Assembly (NCBI GenBank): GCA_002189035.1
Contig: CM007990.1
Location: forward strand, 1,674,001-1,738,000
Length of the DNA: 64,000 bases
DNA from: Utricularia gibba
Taxonomy: Eukaryota; Plantae; Magnoliophyta
Direction: 5' to 3'
Shown here: positions 61,336 through 64,000 of the stretch, in pieces
Layout of the letters: each line of letters opens with the position of its first letter
Position numbering within the stretch: the first letter of the stretch is position 1
Position numbers and translations under genes: made by a program
Notes under the pieces: generated by a model
What the model was told of the DNA's origin: nothing
The model's input: only the letters and a program-made list of their open reading frames with translations
Databases searched by the model: none

Positions 61336-62489
61336 GTGATTCATGATAATCAGGATGACTGGCTGCGAAGCATCTGGCTTGGAAGGCCTTCAACTCCTGC
61401 AGCAGTTGCTTGCTGCTTGGTGGGAGTCGTCGAGTCAGTCGTTTGTAGGCAGTCAATCACTCCCGATGTCCTCCATCCCATCAACAACTAACTGGTGAGT
61501 TGGTCGCGAAAGTAGATGGGAATTTATGAGCATTGAAGACGCCGGGGGATACCAAATTCGTCAACAACCGCCGCTCCCCAGACCCATCAAAGCCGCAGCA
61601 GCAGCATTTCAATTGAATTTCCCTCCTGCCCTCACGACTTGAATGAATGCTGCCGCAAAGCAGCTGCTTCTTTTGATATTGCACATGTTTTCTGAAAAGC
61701 AGTTACAAACAAAAAATTGTAGTTTTTGATGAATTCGTTTGTAGGTAGGCAAAACGTTTCATTATTTTCCGATGGTTCAACTGCATAAGCAACGGTTAAA
61801 CCATCAACCATCATGGAGTCGTAGTTTCTGATACGCAGCACGGCTTTGGAAACATTCCCGTCAGCGCAGAGTGAAGCATGGAGGTGGTTAGGGATTTTAT
61901 GAGGGGGATTTAATGGGTGAATGGACAAATGGTGTACGTGTGTGATGCCGTGCCGGGCTTCAATCAATGCACTTGCAACATCTTCTATTCATCGCCATTA
62001 AATTCGCACCTTCTCCTTCTTTCCTGCCTGTTGCTATCCGCAGAATGCGTATACTAAAACATGCCGTGTTTTCCCTCTGTTCCCCTCCCACCCCACCATT
62101 CATTCGCAGAAAAGATGGGATTTTTTAGGAGACTTAAAAGCAACTTCGAGCCCTCCAAATCCTCACGTTGTTGTTGTTGATGATGTTGTTTGTGCAAACC
62201 TCGCCACCCGACAAGCAATAAATATCATCGAAGATTGGGGCTTTTGATTTAAAGCATGTGTAGTTTGTTCTAGGCTGAAAGTCCAATGAAAATTTTGATG
62301 TAAAAGAAGGCAAGACTGCAGAGCAAAATATGCTTGAAAATCTTATCCCACAAGAGATCACAAAGATGAAATCTTTTTTTAAAAAAAAACGAATGAAATT
62401 GGGAAAAAGAAACAAAAGATAGGACAAGTTTTCCAATGGCATGCCAACATTAACTCGTCCCATTGAATGCTGTACATCGCCGCCATGGC

Positions 62490-62498
62490 TATATAAAT
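62490..62498 (+). promoter_or_regulatory. TATA box of the GIR1-like gene
   Basis: TATATAAAT about 200 bp before ATG 62696, followed by a putative 5'UTR intron 62573-62673 (GTAAG...TTTTCAG). Confidence 0.55.
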
Positions 62499-62695
62499 GC
62501 CCCCAGGCACCCCTCGTCTTCCTACTAAAACAACTCTCCAAACATGCAGCACCTCAGTTGCCTCTCCGACAAGTAAGAATCCTCAACGAGACTTTTTCGA
62601 ATCCCCTTTTGTCTGTTCGCGTGTCAATGTCAATGTCGATGATGATCCCCTCCCTCTTCTGTCTGCTTTTCAGGTTGAACAGCAAGCCCTGTAAG

Positions 62696-62953
62696 ATGGA
62701 AATGGAGCACATGGACAGCAATCTGCAGCTTGAGCTGAAGCTGAGGCTATCTCCACCCGGAGAGCATCGGGATCGAATCCTTTCCATAGCCGCAGCCGAG
62801 GTCGATGCTGCAGGCAGCTCGATGATGTTGGTAGGGTGCCCCAGGTGTCTCATGTATGTTATGCTGCTAGGGAGTGATCCAAAGTGCCCCAAGTGCAAGA
62901 GCACTGTTCTGCTTGACTTCCTAAGGGAAGACAAGCACTTCATCAACACTTAG
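62696..62953 (+). CDS. GIR1: GL2-interacting repressor (GIR1/GIR2)-like EAR-motif zinc-ribbon protein, 85 aa
   Basis: LQLELKLRLSPP (EAR) and SMMLVGCPRCLMYVML...DPKCPKCKSTVLLDFL, the GIR family signature. The track's 170-aa ORF starts upstream of the TATA box, so I prefer ATG 62696. Confidence 0.85.
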   Translation: MEMEHMDSNLQLELKLRLSPPGEHRDRILSIAAAEVDAAGSSMMLVGCPRCLMYVMLLGSDPKCPKCKSTVLLDFLREDKHFINT

Positions 62954-63153
62954 AGCAACACTGTGCGCCTTCTGTGTTAGCTTGTTGCACCAACAAAAAC
63001 CTCTATAGTTTTTCGCCATTTGCAGCTTTTCTAAGAGGAGTTCCTTTCGTGTATAAATTAGTTTGGACCCAAAAATTTCCACCTGTTCAGAAATCAACTG
63101 ACAAAACTAAGTACCGCTGCTGCTTATATGCCAAGAGTTTGGCTCGCTTTCTA

Positions 63154-64000
63154 TCAGCATTCTATGCGGACACTGCCGCTCTCTGATGAGATGAACTTGG
63201 GCTTCCGAGTGACCTTCACGAGGCACTGAATGACGTCTCCTACCTGGAAGTCATGGCAACCGTCGATCACGAGCCCGCATTCGTTCCCCTGGCCAACAGC
63301 CTCCACATCCTGCAGCTCACGCTTCAGAGAAGCGCAGATGCCTTCGAATACGGTTTCTCCACTTCTGAGGAGTCTCAGTGTCGCTGACTTGGAGACACGG
63401 CCATTGGTCACGCGGCAGCCGGCGATCTTGACGTCTTCTCCCTTGGCCTTGCTCCTTCCCTTGAGTTCAAAGATGTTGAGAACCTGGGCCTCGCCAGCAA
63501 CCTTGGTTTCAAGTGTCCCTGGGGCCTTTTCAACGATGAAGTTGCCGATATCCTCCAAGAGATGGTAAATCACACGGTGCAATTTTATCTGGAATCGAGA
63601 TCCATGCGATTGTGATGTTAGAAACATGTTAAAAAAATGAAAAATAAAAAGCACTGCCTCAGAGTGGCTGATTCGTACCTGCACCTTTGCTTGTGCAGCA
63701 GAATTGCTGATTGCAGCAGGAAGATCCCGAACATTGAATCCGACAATGCAAGCGCCACAAGCTTGTGCCATATCAACATCGGACTGTGAAACGGGACCAA
63801 CTCCTGAATGGATAACCTTCACAAAAACCTACCAAGGAAAAGCAGAAACGGCAGGAAGAGGTTAAACACTGGAGAAGCGTAGAAAATCAATCACGTCTGA
63901 GAATCAGGATGATAACCTGTGGACTGTTTAAGCATCTCAATGCATCGCTGACTGCTTGGACGGTGCCCTGCACATCTCCTTTGACAATAACCGGGACTTC
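63154..64000 (-). CDS. infB: Translation initiation factor IF-2, mitochondrial type (3' portion; gene continues beyond the window)
   Basis: Exons >64000-63917, 63828-63679, 63588-63154. Motifs: VIVKGDVQGTVQAV, GVGPVSQSDVDMA, VIYHLLEDI, LKRELQDVEAVGQGNECG. C-terminus KPKFISSESGSVRIEC resembles my recall of At4g11160. Confidence 0.92.

Noticed and set aside
62441-62695. 85-aa N-terminal extension of the GIR1-like ORF
   Set aside because: ATG 62441 is upstream of the TATA box (62490), and the region contains a likely 5'UTR intron.
1-64000. tRNA, rRNA, snoRNA genes and CRISPR arrays
   Set aside because: None seen: no T-loop/cloverleaf or rRNA signatures, and the tandem repeats lack unique spacers. 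The DNA is eukaryotic.

Overview
Plant nuclear genomic DNA: AT-rich intergenic sequence, GT-AG introns and abundant TE debris. Nine protein-coding genes are recognisable: UDP-apiose/xylose synthase (AXS), a PLS-DYW PPR editing factor (At1g34160/OGR1-like), a DABB stress-response barrel protein with an unusual 7-aa repeat tail, RNA polymerase subunit RPB8, a CRIB-RopGAP, two patatin-like phospholipase (pPLAII) copies, a GIR1-like EAR/zinc-ribbon repressor, and the 3' end of mitochondrial IF2. A ~12 kb nested retrotransposon stack (about 10.0-22.2 kb) can be resolved using target-site duplications. The most striking structure is a large inverted duplication (about 41.9-45.4 kb vs 51.7-55.7 kb). 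Its outer parts are only ~80-85% similar. A 2118-bp core covering the whole patatin gene, including introns, matches base for base wherever I compared it, apart from one 1-bp homopolymer indel. This suggests arm-to-arm gene conversion in a palindrome that could also yield hairpin RNA; an assembly or polishing artefact is the alternative. No tRNA, rRNA or CRISPR was seen. Percent identities are manual estimates, and homolog names come from recall rather than database searches.
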